A stretch of DNA of 52,612 bases, from the NCBI GenBank assembly GCA_027604505.1, contig JADIIX010000036.1, forward strand, positions 124,001 through 176,612, given 5' to 3'. Shown here in pieces: positions 11,391 to 24,407 of the stretch. A program made the translations under genes and the position numbers. Every line of letters begins with the position of its first letter. Position 1 is the stretch's first letter. Below the pieces are notes generated by a model. That model saw only the letters and a list, made by a program, of their open reading frames with translations, had not been told where the DNA came from and did not search any database. Source of the DNA: Gonapodya sp. JEL0774. Lineage: Eukaryota.

Positions 11391-12656
11391 TTAAGAAGAC
11401 CCTCTTAGTGCAGTAAGACGGGCCATTAAATCGTCTTCAGGGGACTTCACGGCGGTAGGTTGTGCTGGGAGAACAGAGCCTGGAGAAGAGATGGAGAATC
11501 GGCATCAGATGTCCAACGATGTTGACTCGGTGCATCCAGTTGTCAATCAGACGCAGCGTTCTTTGCTAACTGTCCTATAGACGGTGCTCACACCGGCTTT
11601 CCCGGGTTCTTTTCATTCCTGAATGCCTTTGCACATGAGAATTGAAGTACTAACCTGCAATGGGCATATCCGTTTTGAGTTCCAGGTTATGCTCGTCCGC
11701 CACCTGCTGCATAAGTTGTTCAACCTGATCCAACGGTGTGGCAGATGCTGTAGTATTCTGCATCGTCTTCTCCATCGTCGCAGACTGGACCTCAAGGTTT
11801 TCCATTTGCTTTTCGAAGCTATCCATGACCGTAGAAATCTACAAGACCGGGGATGGGATGACCGTACCAGAATGTTAACCGACCACTGATGTGTTTCGTA
11901 CACTCCGAAGAATGGAGCGGATCAATCACTGATCTCCAATGAGGGACGGAAGTGCGACCCGCAGACGGAAGTGACGGTACAGCAATACGTGAGAAGCTGA
12001 GGAGCTCTCTTCACAACTCTTAGAGTTCAATCCAGGGTGAGAACCCGTGTTCGGTGCTCCCACGAGAAGACTCTATTCGGCTCGGTGCTGGAGACCTGTT
12101 GTTTGAAATTATTCTGCCAACGTACCTGTTCCAAATTCATGGTATTCATAGCCTTCTCCATATTCTTTGTCACAATTCCAATGTTCGACACCATCTGTCG
12201 GGTCATTAAGGCATTTTGTATCTGAGATGCTGCTGCATCCAATCGTGATGAAAGACGGATGTAATTTGCTTGCTCTGACTGCTTTCGAATCGCGTTGGCG
12301 GCATGAATCCGCGCGATATCATTTTGACCCTTCTCGATGGCCTTCCATGGTGGGAAGTAAGCAGTCGGTACAGGTGAAATGTTGTGTTGCGGCAGAACAC
12401 GATTGTGGAACCGTCACCTTTTTGACCTTCGTTCGTTCCTGTTTTTCCTCCTTCTCGCACTTTCGTGCAGCCATCTGCATCTGTTTCGCGCTGAACTTAA
12501 ACTGGAAGAGTTGGTCTGTAAGCAGAACATGTGAGATGGGGTCGAGTGATCAAGTCGGCAGGACATCATGAATCAGGGACCGCATCATTCAGCAGAGTTT
12601 GCGGTAACAGTTGCAAACTAATCAGCCAAAGACGCACTCTCGAGTTGCTTCGACAT
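11391..12656 (-). CDS. DID2: ESCRT-III associated protein Did2/CHMP1 (Snf7 family), multi-exon
   Basis: Spliced [56 protein letters not shown]....YIRLSSRLDAAASQIQ...MEKAMNTMNLEQIS.VMDSFE...VADEHNLEL...EDDLMARLTALR (MIM1 tail). Confidence 0.93.
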
Positions 12657-12835
12657 GGTTCGATACTTTGTCGTATTATAGTAGTTTGCTTGATCGCAAT
12701 CACCCCTGCGCACCACACGTACAACCTTGCACGGAGCGCGGAGTGAATCGTTGTTGCGACAGTAGACACCTAGGTAGTATGTATAATACTTTCTTTAGCT
12801 AATGAGCACGACCCTTTGGTGTGGAATTACACTAT

Positions 12836-13898
12836 TTACAATTTTGAGGCCTCATCTTCGATGGAAGCCTTCTTCTGTGCTGCTGGTTCTGGCGCACCGC
12901 CAGGAATTACAGGCGCAAGCTCTTCCGTCGTTCTCAGTCTCGTCCCATATGCGAATTCGTTCACATCAGAAAACGTAAACTGCGATAGCTGCTCCAACGT
13001 TTTGATTTGCGGAGTGATCAGGAATATTTCTTTTCGTTGAGCCATCTGAAGCGCTTCCTGCGGTCGTAACCACGCCAGAGAAACGGATTCGTGTCCGTCT
13101 GCAGAGACGGTGTTTGACCCAATCGGTTTTGCGAGTGTAGTGAGGAAGAATCGCGCATCAAAGCGCTTAGGTGCTACCGGTGGGGTGATCCATCGGGACC
13201 TGAAATGGAGTGAATAGATTGTAATATGAATGCAAAGAAACGAATGGCGTCGGTCTGTGAGCTCACCAAGGTGCAAGGTTCGCCACTTTTGGTCTCAATC
13301 CCAATTCTTGACACATTTTCTCGAATTCTTTTGCCGATTTTGTAGCCTGAAATCAGATCGGTTGTGGGAACTGTCAGATCGAGTGTAATTCTGTGTTGCA
13401 CCTTCTTTCTCCAGATTTCCACCATCCGTGGGTCGGCCTTTTGCGTATTTTTGTCGAAAACCATCACACCCGTTTCTTCGAACGTCTCTCTGATTGCTGC
13501 GACAGCAGCCACAAAAGTATGGAATTCGGCGCCGGGCGTTCCCATTCTGAGATGTCTTGCCAGAGACGCAAAAGAGGTCGATTCATCTGCCTGATCTATT
13601 TTTCCGCCAGGGAAGACAGTGAGAGAGCCAAAGAACCCATGGCTGGAACTGGTTCACGAATCGGAAATTCACACCGAATTGCTTCCGAGTAATTCCGATC
13701 AAAAGCTCTGAAACCAAAGACTCACCGCTTAATCATCAAGACTTTAAACCCTCCTTTTTGATCGATTCCGTCTTCTCCGGGAGAGAGAGGAGCACAAACG
13801 AGCAGGGTTGCTGCAGGAACAGGTGCTGCGGGAGCTTTCCTGCTCTTCGCCGCTTCTTGCGAGATTCCGTTAGTACTTAGCGTGCTCGGATGAGGCAT
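12836..13898 (-). CDS. NUDT19: Nudix hydrolase, NUDT19-like acyl-CoA diphosphatase, with C-terminal PTS1 (SKL)
   Basis: PAATLLV...VLMIKR, VFPGGKIDQAD, split Nudix box AAIRETFEETG, WITP....RFDARFFL, DGHESV...W..P.EAL; ends EASKL*. Confidence 0.85.
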
Positions 13899-14292
13899 AG
13901 TCGATTCTCGGAGAGTAAGGAACAAATTGGGAGTGTGGACAATTTTGCTGGTATCACTGTACGCAGCAGATGAATGTGGCACGATATTCAGCCGGATGAA
14001 CCCAATATCGGTTCTCCGACAAAAGGAAAATGAGCACATTTCTATTGTTGAAACCATTCTTATTGGGTTACTCATATCTTAGGTTCCTTACCAAAGTCTT
14101 CCAAGACGAGGGTCTCTGGTAACAGAATTACCAGAATGGAACCACATATGCTTAAACGGTTCATTGTGTGGTGATTAAATGAAAACTCTTGGTAGGGGCA
14201 GTTGAAGTCACCGTGCTGATGTATGTAGCCAATTGTTGGTTGCTGCAGCTGTCCTCGCGACCAGAAACTTTGTCCCCACACCAAGAAGCAAA

Positions 14293-14633
14293 ATGGGAGG
14301 AGAGCACGAAGGGCACATTAAGAACCCGTTTCTCGACCCTCACTATCCCTCATACTCCAATCCGCACCCGTCGTGGATCCCGCGCGCCCCGGGATGGCAG
14401 CGCCTTGTCGCAACAGGACTGGGCTCGTTGATGTTCGGTTGGATGTCCATCATGATTTACAAGGAATTGGACCACATAACTGTGAGCTACGCCTCTTAAT
14501 ACTCGCTTCAATGTGGGCAGCCTTTCTGACCGTGATGTAATCGCATCCTACCGAACAGGGTGTTCACCCATGGGACCGGAATCCGGACGCATACCGGCCC
14601 TACTACCCGAAGGAGTACAAGCCCCACCACTGA
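14293..14633 (+). CDS. NDUFB2: Complex I accessory subunit NDUFB2 (AGGG)-like, 2 exons
   Basis: MGGEHEGH...WQRLVATGLGSLMFGWMSIMIYKELDHIT|GVHPWD pattern (hydrophobic helix, K.D...G.HPW); intron ~14483-14559. Confidence 0.7.
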
Positions 14634-14890
14634 ATACAACGGAGCTGAGATGGACAAGGAGCGTTTCGGTTGGCATGCCAGTGCTGGGTTAGGGAACGTT
14701 TGGCAGTAGCACCATTATGTGAATGGATTATGGCGGGAACACAGTTTTGTCCAACATGGAAACCGTCCGTACGATGGAGCAATGTTCTTTTCTTCTTCTC
14801 CCCGCTCGTTTCAATATGCATCTATTCTCCGACTCGACAAAAGCCCCCAACCTTATTTCGATGCTATACGAGAAATCATACCTCTGTTCC

Positions 14891-17800
14891 TCAATCGGCT
14901 TTGTGAGATTGATAAAGCTCTGAAATAAGATCCACAGACGGGGAAAATGCACCATTACGTTTCATTGTCCCCCCAACTGAAAAGCCCTTTTCGCTTACCA
15001 TCGACTGTCTTCTGGTAGTGCTTTTTCAATTGAGGCCTCTTGTTTTTGAACTGCATGAATCATTAACGAATGAAATGCCGATTATGTTCAGTACGCCCTG
15101 ACCGCACGCCTATCTCTCACCGTGGGGGTAAGCAAGTCAGCCTCCATGGTGAAAGGCTTCGACTCAAGATACACGGCCCTTGGTACTTCAAACCCATGGA
15201 GCTCGTTCGCTCTTCCAATCGCTCTGAGATCGTCCAACACCACGCTCGCGACGTTCTTGTCCTGACACAGCTTCGCGTACAGCCTCTGTTCTGACGTCAT
15301 ACCCGCAGCCGGCTCATCAATTGATGATGCAAAATCAGTCGCAGGGGGACTAGCTTCGAATATGGACGAGCGGCGCCGGGCATCCCGTCGCTGTGACTGT
15401 GCGTCCAGAGGAGTGTAGCCAGTGGACTTGGCCCAGTCGATAAGAACCTCAGGATCTGGAACAATGACTGCAACAAGAAATGATTGGAGGCTATCCCCAT
15501 ACACGAAGATTTGCGAGACTAATGCGATTGTGTGGTGGAGATCAACGAGTTCCGGATGGGCTGAAGCGCCAAATCTTACCAAAGCCCGACTTTTGTAGGG
15601 TGTTCTCCACCTTCTCAGCAGCAATATATTCGCCCTGGCTGAGCTTGCTGTAATACCCGGATTGGAATTTTCAGATGGTGATGTATAACATAATTCCGCG
15701 TCAAGACTCTCTCACAAAATGTTCTTTCGACGGTCAATTATTTTGACGTTTCCGGTCTTCCCACATGCAAAGGTCCCCATGCAAAGGTCGAATTCACTTT
15801 CCCTTAGGTCCTACGGATTAAAACATTATGAATCTCACCGGCAAGAACTGCCCGATATCTGCAGCGAACAGCGCCTTTTTCAGCAAGGACAGAATTTTTC
15901 AGCCTGCCCAGTACAGCAAACATACCTCCACTGTGAAGCCAGCCGTTCTCGTCTATTGCGTCTGCTGTCTGCTTGGGGTCTTTGTAGTAACCCTTCATCA
16001 TCGACCTGCCGCGGTAGCAGATCTGATAATTATGCACCGTATGACAATGGGACGGAACAGATGTGAAGTGAGACGCCAATGCCCCGTAAACCCACCTCCC
16101 CCCTCGGTCCCGGTCGGTCCTAGGTGGCGGGACAACAGTCGAGAATCGAAAAACGACGACAAATGGAATCACAACCTCACTCACCGTGGCAAAGTAGTTC
16201 AACTCTGGGACATCTATTAGTTTCATTTCGGCGTGAGGTGAAGGGCACCCAACGTGGCTTCCGAAGGGGAAATTGAAGTCTCCTGCCTCAGTGAGTGTGA
16301 AGCAAGCGGCGTTCTCTAGTGATGAGTAAGTTACCGTGACACACTGCGCACTGACGCGATCCTCGCGTGAGAGGACTTCTTTCTCTCACCAGTTTGCCCA
16401 TACCCCTCGAGCACTTGGCAAGATCCAAGCGTGGCCCTCAAAAAAGTAACTACATCGTGAGGAATCGGCGCGCTCCCAGTAATAACCATTTTAAGGTCTC
16501 CACCGAGCTTATTGCGGATGCCGGAGAAAACAAGTCTATCTGCCCACGTATCGGAAGTGGCGCTGGGATGTGCGAACGGAGATTGCCATAGACGTGGGAA
16601 CACAACCAGCACATTTCAAAGCAGTATTCGAAAATGCCCTCACATTCCTTCGTTGAGATCTGAAGCACAATTTGTGAGAATTCCAATACTCATAGTCGAC
16701 GGAATTTTTTGCTCGTTCACTTACATGTTTTCTTGTACTCCATGGCGGTGTTAAACAACGTGCGATTGACAAGTCCCGACTTCTCAACCGACTGTATCGT
16801 TTTCTCGTAGAATTTGTTCAAAAGCCGTGGAACCGAAGGGAAATCTGCATTTGCAAACAGGTTCAGTCTACTTGGTCAATTATCAGTGTTCGATGACTTC
16901 ACTCACAAGCTGGTTTCAATTCTTCCATGTCATCAAACAACTTGCCCACGTCCCCGCGGAAGAACCCTCCAGCACCGCCAACGTAGGTCATTCTGTTGGG
17001 TTATCGTATGAATTTACACTTCCAATCACACAAAGGCAACGTGAACCTACAAGAACAAATCGATCTTCTCAAAACAGTGCTGGAGATATGCAGAAGTGTT
17101 GTATTGGGACTTTTGTGCAGAGGACGACAGGGCAATGTATACCCACCGCAAGAGGAAGATACGAGATCCACCTGTCCCCCGGCACAAATGGATTGTAGCG
17201 GTATGCTATCCCACTTAATCCCGCCACCCAATTGTTTTGAGTAAGCATTGCACCTTTTGGAAGTCCCGTGGTTCCTAGCGTCCATGTTGTACTTTGGCCT
17301 GGCACATCGGAAAAAACAAATCATCAGCTACTCACCACTCGTGAAACAGATCGTTTGCAGCTCATCCTTCTCCGCCGGATCAAATTCCCTTGACCTTCTA
17401 GAACCCAGATCTTCCAATTCTCTGAATGTAATCAGCGTGACTCCTTTTGACTTGGCTTCTGCAACTTCATCGGGCTCCAGGTAAAGCTCTTCGGAATGTG
17501 GAACACTGTTCGAAGGATCACACAAAACGATGCATGTAACCGTCGGGATGTCCGTCCGAATATCGAGAAGCCGCACTGCAGTATTTCGAGAAAGGTTCGC
17601 CGGGAAGTGTTTTTGGAGAGCGCCACTCGTGGCACTTACCAAGGTGCTTGCGAGTTGTGACAATCAGAGACATCGAAGTGATGGAAATGATATGCTTTAT
17701 GGCTTTAGAGTCGAAAGTTTCGTACAGAGGCCTGACAAAGGTAAAGAGATCACAATCAATGTCAAACGTCGCCGGACTTCCAAAGCATTCAACCTCACAC

Positions 17801-18618
17801 CGTGACGTAGCTTTGGGAGCGAAGGTGCGGTACGCTAATGTAAGCACATTTCAGAACAAGATATTCACCAAGTGCAATATCACCTGAAAGCTCCACCCGC
17901 GAGATCGGTGATGGCCCACTCGGGACAGTTCCCCATGTATATCCCAACGCAGGACTCGGAGTGCGGCTGAATACCTGTGATCTCAAGTATTCCGGATCCA
18001 ACATTCCGAATTCTTTCTTCGACAGTAGCTTCAGGGCATGACATTGAGCGCGTTGAAATGCAGCTCTGGGTAACCTCGATGTGTAAACCACCAACCATAA
18101 GATTGCCAGACGTAGGGACCACCCTTTATTCCATACTCCCGAACTCCGAAGTAAGGACCTGGAGCAGGAACCGAACCCAAGTTAGCTGTCTTAAAATGCG
18201 GTATGCTGCAACCGTGTACAAGACCTTCGCCTTCTAGATCTCACCATCTGGTCCAGACTTGGCTTTACCCGCTTGGAATACCTCCCAAGTAGTGAATGTT
18301 TTGCCATCGGGCGAGTTCTTGAGTGGAGTACCAAAGGGGGTGGACTTGTGACTGGAGAAAGGCACCAGGCGGTGACGTCAGCGTAAAAACACTGTCACCG
18401 TCCACCGAACACACTACTCACCGCATGATACACGACTCCCCGTCCCTCTCAGGAATGTCAGAAAAGATACAACTCAATGAGCTCAGATCCCACTCTTGGG
18501 TCGCCTTGTGCGATTGTTAAGGAATGTGAAATGGTGAAAAGGGGACAGAGGGATATTTTGCAAAAGGCATGATAGACTGAGTGTCATGTTATACCTGTGG
18601 GTTCGTACGCTTGGTCAT
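14891..18618 (-). CDS. Long-chain fatty acyl-CoA synthetase (ACSL/FAA2-like, AMP-binding), many exons
   Basis: TICFTS|GTTGLPKGAMLT P-loop, SYLPLA, FPSVPRLLN, ITGSAPI, EGYGQT|E, KLIDVPELNY, GYYKDPKQT..IDENGWLHSGD, IIDRRKNIF|KLSQGEYIAAEKVE, LLTPT|FKNKR; likely start MTKRTNPQ at 18618. Confidence 0.93.
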
Positions 18619-18885
18619 CGCTTGGCTGTTCTCACAAATGCTGCCTTGGCCTCAACGATATTGTGATCAATGAGGGAGGCACTTTACAATCGCATTCAAT
18701 TGATGCACCGCCGAGTCAGCCTTTCGCTTTGAAAACAGAATTATGTATGATAAACGATCTAATGTATGATACATCAAGAATGAGTCTGCATCGCAGCACC
18801 GCTCTCACAAAATTATGTACAGATCGTTGACAGTTGATTGGTGCGGCATCTTTGCTCTCGCCAACCACCGCGCCCTCGAATCCAT

Positions 18886-20380
18886 TCAAACCACTAGCGG
18901 GGATTTCGCTTCAAGCTCTGCAAACAAACTACGGATTCCTGGTAGCCTTTCTCCCAAAGGAGCAGATATTGCCGACGGTGAGGTTGCACGGTCCGACTGG
19001 AGAGGAGAGTGTGTAGGGACCCACATGCGCTGTGGCAGCACGTTGAGATGGTCCGAGAGAGACGGGAGGGAGGGCGGAGGAGTCGGGAAGGTGCGTGTTT
19101 GGTGGCACGATGAGGGGTATGATGTGGGGAACATTGGCTGAGGCCATGCCTCCCAGGTGAATTGTTGCGGCTGAATATGTTGCGGTGGCGCATGGGCCCA
19201 CACACGAGGAGTGGCCGCCGGAGTAGGAGGTGTGGGGGTTGGGACAGTTTGGATGGTGTGCGGATGGGCCAGGTACGCCGAGGTTGTGGGACAAAGATGT
19301 GCAGCAATATCCTCCCTAAACACATGTTCGCGATCAAGCACAAGGTGCTCTACGTTATGTGATGCAGACCGATCCACAGCACTGACGACGCCGGACGGTT
19401 TGATGGATGGTGATTTGGAGACTTTTTCGACGACCCGCTGCTTTGCGGACGCAGCAAACGTTCGGTCTTGAAGGTGGCGTTTAGTAACGCCAAGTGCCTG
19501 TCGGCGGTTTTGGAACCTGGCGGTGTGGGAGGGAGAGAGGCAGAGGGTGAGGGGTGATATCCGGGGTCCACAACACATGCAGTACAGCTGCATCCATAGA
19601 GATAGAAATGCAATAATAAAGCGAGATAAAGAAATGGCCCCATTTTCGACACAAGAGACTCCTTCCGGGCGCCTGCAGAACACTCAATCCGCACCACCTT
19701 CGGCTTTGGCCAAGAGCGCATGATCTGCGATAGAAAACTCAAAACTCACCATATCTGCACTTTTCGAGGTGTCATACCAAGCTTGCGGGCAAGGGTGAGT
19801 CGGAGTTCGGTGTCGGGAAAGAATGTTTGAGTCAAAACGGAATTGAGGACCTAACGAGAGGATAGGATGGGGAGGGAGCGGTAGTCAAACCAGTGAACAA
19901 TACTTATTAGTTTGGTGCACGCGCACCCACGAAAGGGTGGTTTGATATATGCTTCCAGCCTTTAAATCCTGAAGATGTCCTCCATCGTTCAAGAGCTCAA
20001 CTCACCATTGTTGCGTCAGGACTTGCCCGCTTCCTCTTTGCCGATGGTCTCTTATCATCGACCCCAAACTCAGCAACGCTCTTCTCACTTCCACTCTCTC
20101 CGTCGTCGCTCTCATTGTCGTCTTCGTCGGATAATGGACGTTTTGCCGGCGCGACCGGAACACAGAGGTCTGGTTCCGGATGAGCCACCGTCCCCTGCCT
20201 GAAACCAGTAGCGTCTGAGAAGGAGAAAGCAGCAGCGAGCAGAATGCCGAGCTTTGCGTCTGCCGGGCCGGGTGAAGGGGGTTCAGCCCAGGAGGCGTCG
20301 TGCCGTGGAGAATGCGCAGAGTACGGAGACTGGGGAGGAGTGGTGGGGACCTCTTGGCTGGGCGGTGATGGGTGTTCCAT
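18886..20380 (-). CDS. Homeodomain transcription factor (Q50); exons 20380-20006, 19850-19750, 19516-18886
   Basis: Spliced homeodomain AKRKRASPDATM|VLNSVLTQTFFPDTELRLTLARKLGMTPRKVQIW|FQNRRQ; Pro/Ser-rich flanks. Confidence 0.92.
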
Positions 20381-21430
20381 TGTCTGTGGAATTTGCTGTT
20401 GACCCGGGTTGACCAGCTGGTTGACTTTATGAATTTGAACCTCGTCAGGCCGAGAAAATTTGATTATTTGCCAAGACTTCTTGGCACGCCCAGAACCCAA
20501 ACTCAGATTGAGTCCCGATTGCAGATATAAATAATCAGAAACTAATAATGATGTCTTCAAAATCCTTAATTCGAAGTCCTTGCTCGTTAGTAGTACATGG
20601 GCATCTTTGACTCTCGCTACGCGTTGGACGCTCCTTGCCGTCACAGCCAACTCTATTTGGTCGACCGTTCCGAGCAATGGGTGGCGCCGTTCTGTTATTC
20701 ATCAGTCTCCGAACGACACAGACTCCGTTTTTTTCTTTGGCCTGTTACACTTTATACGTCATCAAATTTCATATCGGAGAATAATACAGTTCAATTGCAC
20801 CGCAAAGGGTGACGTGGCGCAGTTGAGGAATTGCAAGACTTTTGAACTCACAAGAGATCCAGCACTGTGAATACCACAAAGAGCTGATTGATATGGTTGT
20901 ATCAGTTCTTTTACTTTACATTTGTTCTTTGTTTCAGTGCCGGAGGAAACGATTTCTGTTTGTTGTGTTTGAATTAGAGTTTCCTTTTCGAGTCCGAAAA
21001 TATTACTTCATGCGGCCCGAAAGTTTCACGGTTCGTTCCACATTCGTCTCCAGAGTAGCTGCGAACTTCCCTGCCACCTTTTGCTTACATTGTGGTGGAG
21101 CGAGTCGATCTTTCGACCAAACAAACGACCCATCACCTGGACACGATCAGCCTCCCATGGTATCTCAGAGAGCTTTGGGCTGGTAAGAGCGATTTACGCC
21201 TTCAGCCCCGGTGAAGCTGGGAGAGCCTACATGCAGGTAGGTGATTTGCAGTACATAATCCATAGTATTGGGTTTGCACAAATCACGGAAAAGATCAGTG
21301 AGGACACGTAACTTTTGTTTTCATACATTGTAGTCTCGAGCATGAGATGCACCAGCTTGATTCGGAATCACAGTTTGCTGTGTTATTGAGTGGTTGCGCA
21401 AGTTGCGACGGGTTGCGTGTCTTCGCAAAT

Positions 21431-22915
21431 ATGAATCAGAGTCGGGCAGACCTTCAACCCATTCTCCGGCAACCCAGTTCCCAGACAATGGTTCTTGACG
21501 GATCCCGCTTACCCAAACCCCGCGTTCCAGCGTCATCTTCAGCGGCCTCAAAACCCGAACACAATCCCTATGCTGAAGTTATCGGAGAGTTTCGTGCACT
21601 CAAGAGGTGGGCGGAAACCTCCATCTGATCGAAGGAAGATTATATATCAGTGAAACTCATCCGACGCTGTGTTCAACGTGCTGTTCAAAAGGTCGGGAGA
21701 GGCGGCGGCGATGGCTTTGTTGAAGCAGGTCGCGTCTCAGGTATTTGAAGCGAGAAGATGTTGGACATGTGACACAAAGTTGAGAACCGTTTCACCTGAT
21801 ACAACGAGTCTTTTCAAATAGGTTAAACCTATCATGAAGAAGCGGGGATGGCGCGTGGGGATTCTGGAGGAGTTCTTCGTGAGTGGAGACATGTCGGTGT
21901 TGCAACGTAAGCGAGTGCAGGCAACGTAGGCGAACCCCGGCACCTCTCATCTCCCTCCCCACAGCCCTCCAACGCCTCACTCCTCGGCCTCAACACCAAC
22001 GGAGGGCAGAAAATCTCCCTCCGCCTCCGCCCCTCCTCGTCGCCTGAAACGTTTCTGCCCCTCGAAGACTGTGTGGGGACCATGCTTCATGAGCTCGCGC
22101 ACATCATCCGCGGGCCGCATGACGAACAATTTTACAAGGCGCTCGATGCGCTGGAGAAGGAGCACGATGCGCTTGTGGAAGGGGGTTACAGGGGGGAAGG
22201 ATTTGAGGCGCCAGGCATGAGAGTCGGGCACGGCGTTTCGCATGATGTACCGATCCATACGGCGAAGCAAAAGGCCGTAGAAGCCGCAGAGAAGCGCCGG
22301 CGCCTCAATTCGTGGGGTGGAACAGGCGCGGGAAGTGGGAGGAGGCTTGGTGCGCGGACAGCCGGAGGTGTCTCTGATGAGGCGAGAGTTTTGGAGAAGG
22401 TACTCTCACCAGTGGAAATGGCGGCATGGGCGGCAGAGAGGAGAGCCAAGAGAGATGGCGAGTGGTGTGGGAGTCAAGGTGGGCCCGGAGAGGAGTCTGA
22501 GAGGAGGAACGGGGAGGGAGCGGAGAGTAGGAAGCAGAGCGGAGAGGCGAAAACCGTCAGCAACAATACCGAATCTCGAGCTGTACTTGCACCGAACAAG
22601 GCAAGTCCACCTCAACCCACCTCAACCGTCACTCCTTCAGTTCGGAATACTCCTTCCTCCGTTCGCCCATCCAACTCACTCCCTCTTTACCCTGTGCCAA
22701 CTTCTGCTTCCACACAAACGTGGCCTTGTCCCGCTTGTACTTTGTTGAATCCGGTGACCCTCTCCTCGTGCGATGCCTGTACCACTGCAAAGCCACCGCT
22801 TTCTGGGATTGGGGTTGGAGTGGCAGAATGGACCTGCGATGTTTGTACGTTGATAAACAAAGCGGGCGCTTTGGATTGTGAGGCATGTGGTGGGAGGAGG
22901 AAATATTTGAATTGA
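21431..22915 (+). CDS. WSS1: Wss1/WLM DNA-protein crosslink metalloprotease with two C-terminal RanBP2/NZF zinc fingers
   Basis: VKPIMKKRGWRVGILEEFF, LLGLNTNGGQKISLRLR, HELAHIIRGPHDEQFY (HExxH), GRRLG, WPCPACTLLN..CDAC and WTCDVCTLIN..CEAC; start could be 21488. Confidence 0.92.
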
Positions 22916-23323
22916 TGGAGTGAACAATGGGAGCGAACAAAGCTCAGTTTTGCAGTAGAGTCCGGGGTATGATCTTTGATTAACGTGATTTTTTGGTTTG
23001 TGAATGAAATAAGGATTTGAAGTCTCTCAGTAAATACTTTGGAAACAGTCCATGAAACTTTATGTGACGCAGCTTGCATTGTATTGTTGTTTGACAGTGG
23101 GGGTCTGTGGTGCATCAATGAAGAGTATTCCATGCCTAACGAGCAAGGGAAACACGGCACTTCAATGACCTCGAACTTCGTGAAGATTCTCAATTCGCCG
23201 TTATTTCGTGTGTGATGTGGCACCTCACAGAGCAGACCCAGCTCCGAGTGAATGCAACACCAACTGCATGTGTGCATACCCCATTTGGTCCACTGCAGGC
23301 CCTTTCTTCATTCCCGTTGCCCA

Positions 23324-24407
23324 ATGAAACTCAACGCCGATCTCACGCAGCCCGCCTCTGCGCTTTATTCGGACACAAAATGGGTCAAATCGCCTGGTGG
23401 CGAAGTTGACCGAGGCATGCTTGGTTAGAATCGATTGATTGTGCAGAACCCGACTCCTCGATTTCAAATGTAGTTTCACATTGCTCATTGCGATATCGAT
23501 ATCCACCTTCCCACGACCACGTTGCATTCAAATCTGACTACTCCAAGATCGTGATGGGGATGAAGTCGCTCGAGCGACGTCTCTTGTGCGTTACGAGGCC
23601 GGCTCACGTTTTCCAGCACACATACACGGAGGTGGGGAGGAGTTCTTTGTTTTGGAAGGTGTGTTTGGTGATGAGCACGCCGAGTATCCAACTGGATGGT
23701 ACGTGAGGAATAAGGTGGGTGTCCTGTCGAAGATTTTGGGAAGTATGCATTTATTTGTGAACTCCTTGACCCCAACACTCCAGGTCGGATCTTCCCATTC
23801 CCCCTACGTTGGCCCGACTGGGTGTCTCATATTTGTGAAGTTGCGTTGGATGCGCCCAGACGAGCCAGATCTTCGAGTCGACACTACTAAGATGCATGGG
23901 ACACACGGAATCCACACCTTGTACACTGACGAGGCGACACGAGCAAAGGTCGCATTTGTGGTGCTTCAAGCTGGGAAAAGTGTGGAATTGGGTGGGGATG
24001 AAGTGGGATGGAATTACCTTCTCCAAGGCGGCTGGGAAACTGTCGTTGCCAATGGTAACGTACAGCTTTCCTGGGGAGCCGAGGTGAGAACTAGCGCAAT
24101 TTGATTTTCATTCTTATTCCTCGCTTGTGCTATGACCGTGATGTATTACCTTAACACATTACCCCTCAAAAATCACCCGACCTCTACGCGCTCCAACGTG
24201 GTGCTCCCGTTTCTCGCCCTCTACCTCTCTATCAAGACATCAACGTTCTCAAGTTTTGATTGGATCCGATTTCCACCCAGGGCTTCTGAGAAACTTCTCA
24301 TGAGGAACATTGGTGCGAACGAGGCACGGATTCTACTGAGAGCAGGATATGCAAGAGCTTGGATTAAAGAGGCTGGAGACGAAAACACTACAGGAGCAGG
24401 ATCATAA
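23324..24407 (+). CDS. ChrR-like (Cupin_7) double cupin protein, bacterial-like, 4 exons
   Basis: Spliced MKLNADLTQPASALYSDTKWVKSPGGEVDRGML|DRDGDEVARATSLVRYEAGSRFPAHIHGGGEEFFVLEGVFGDEHAEYPTGWYVRNK|VGSSHSPY...GCLIFVKL. Confidence 0.88.

Noticed and set aside
11840..12123. Longer DID2 intron with a GACGGAAGTG direct repeat, considered as a snoRNA host
   Set aside because: No convincing C/D boxes with terminal stem or H/ACA layout could be identified by eye
20381..21430. ~1 kb gene-free interval with small ORFs between the homeobox and WSS1 genes
   Set aside because: No coherent exon chain, RNA gene or repeat seen; consistent with the long 5' regulatory region of a transcription factor
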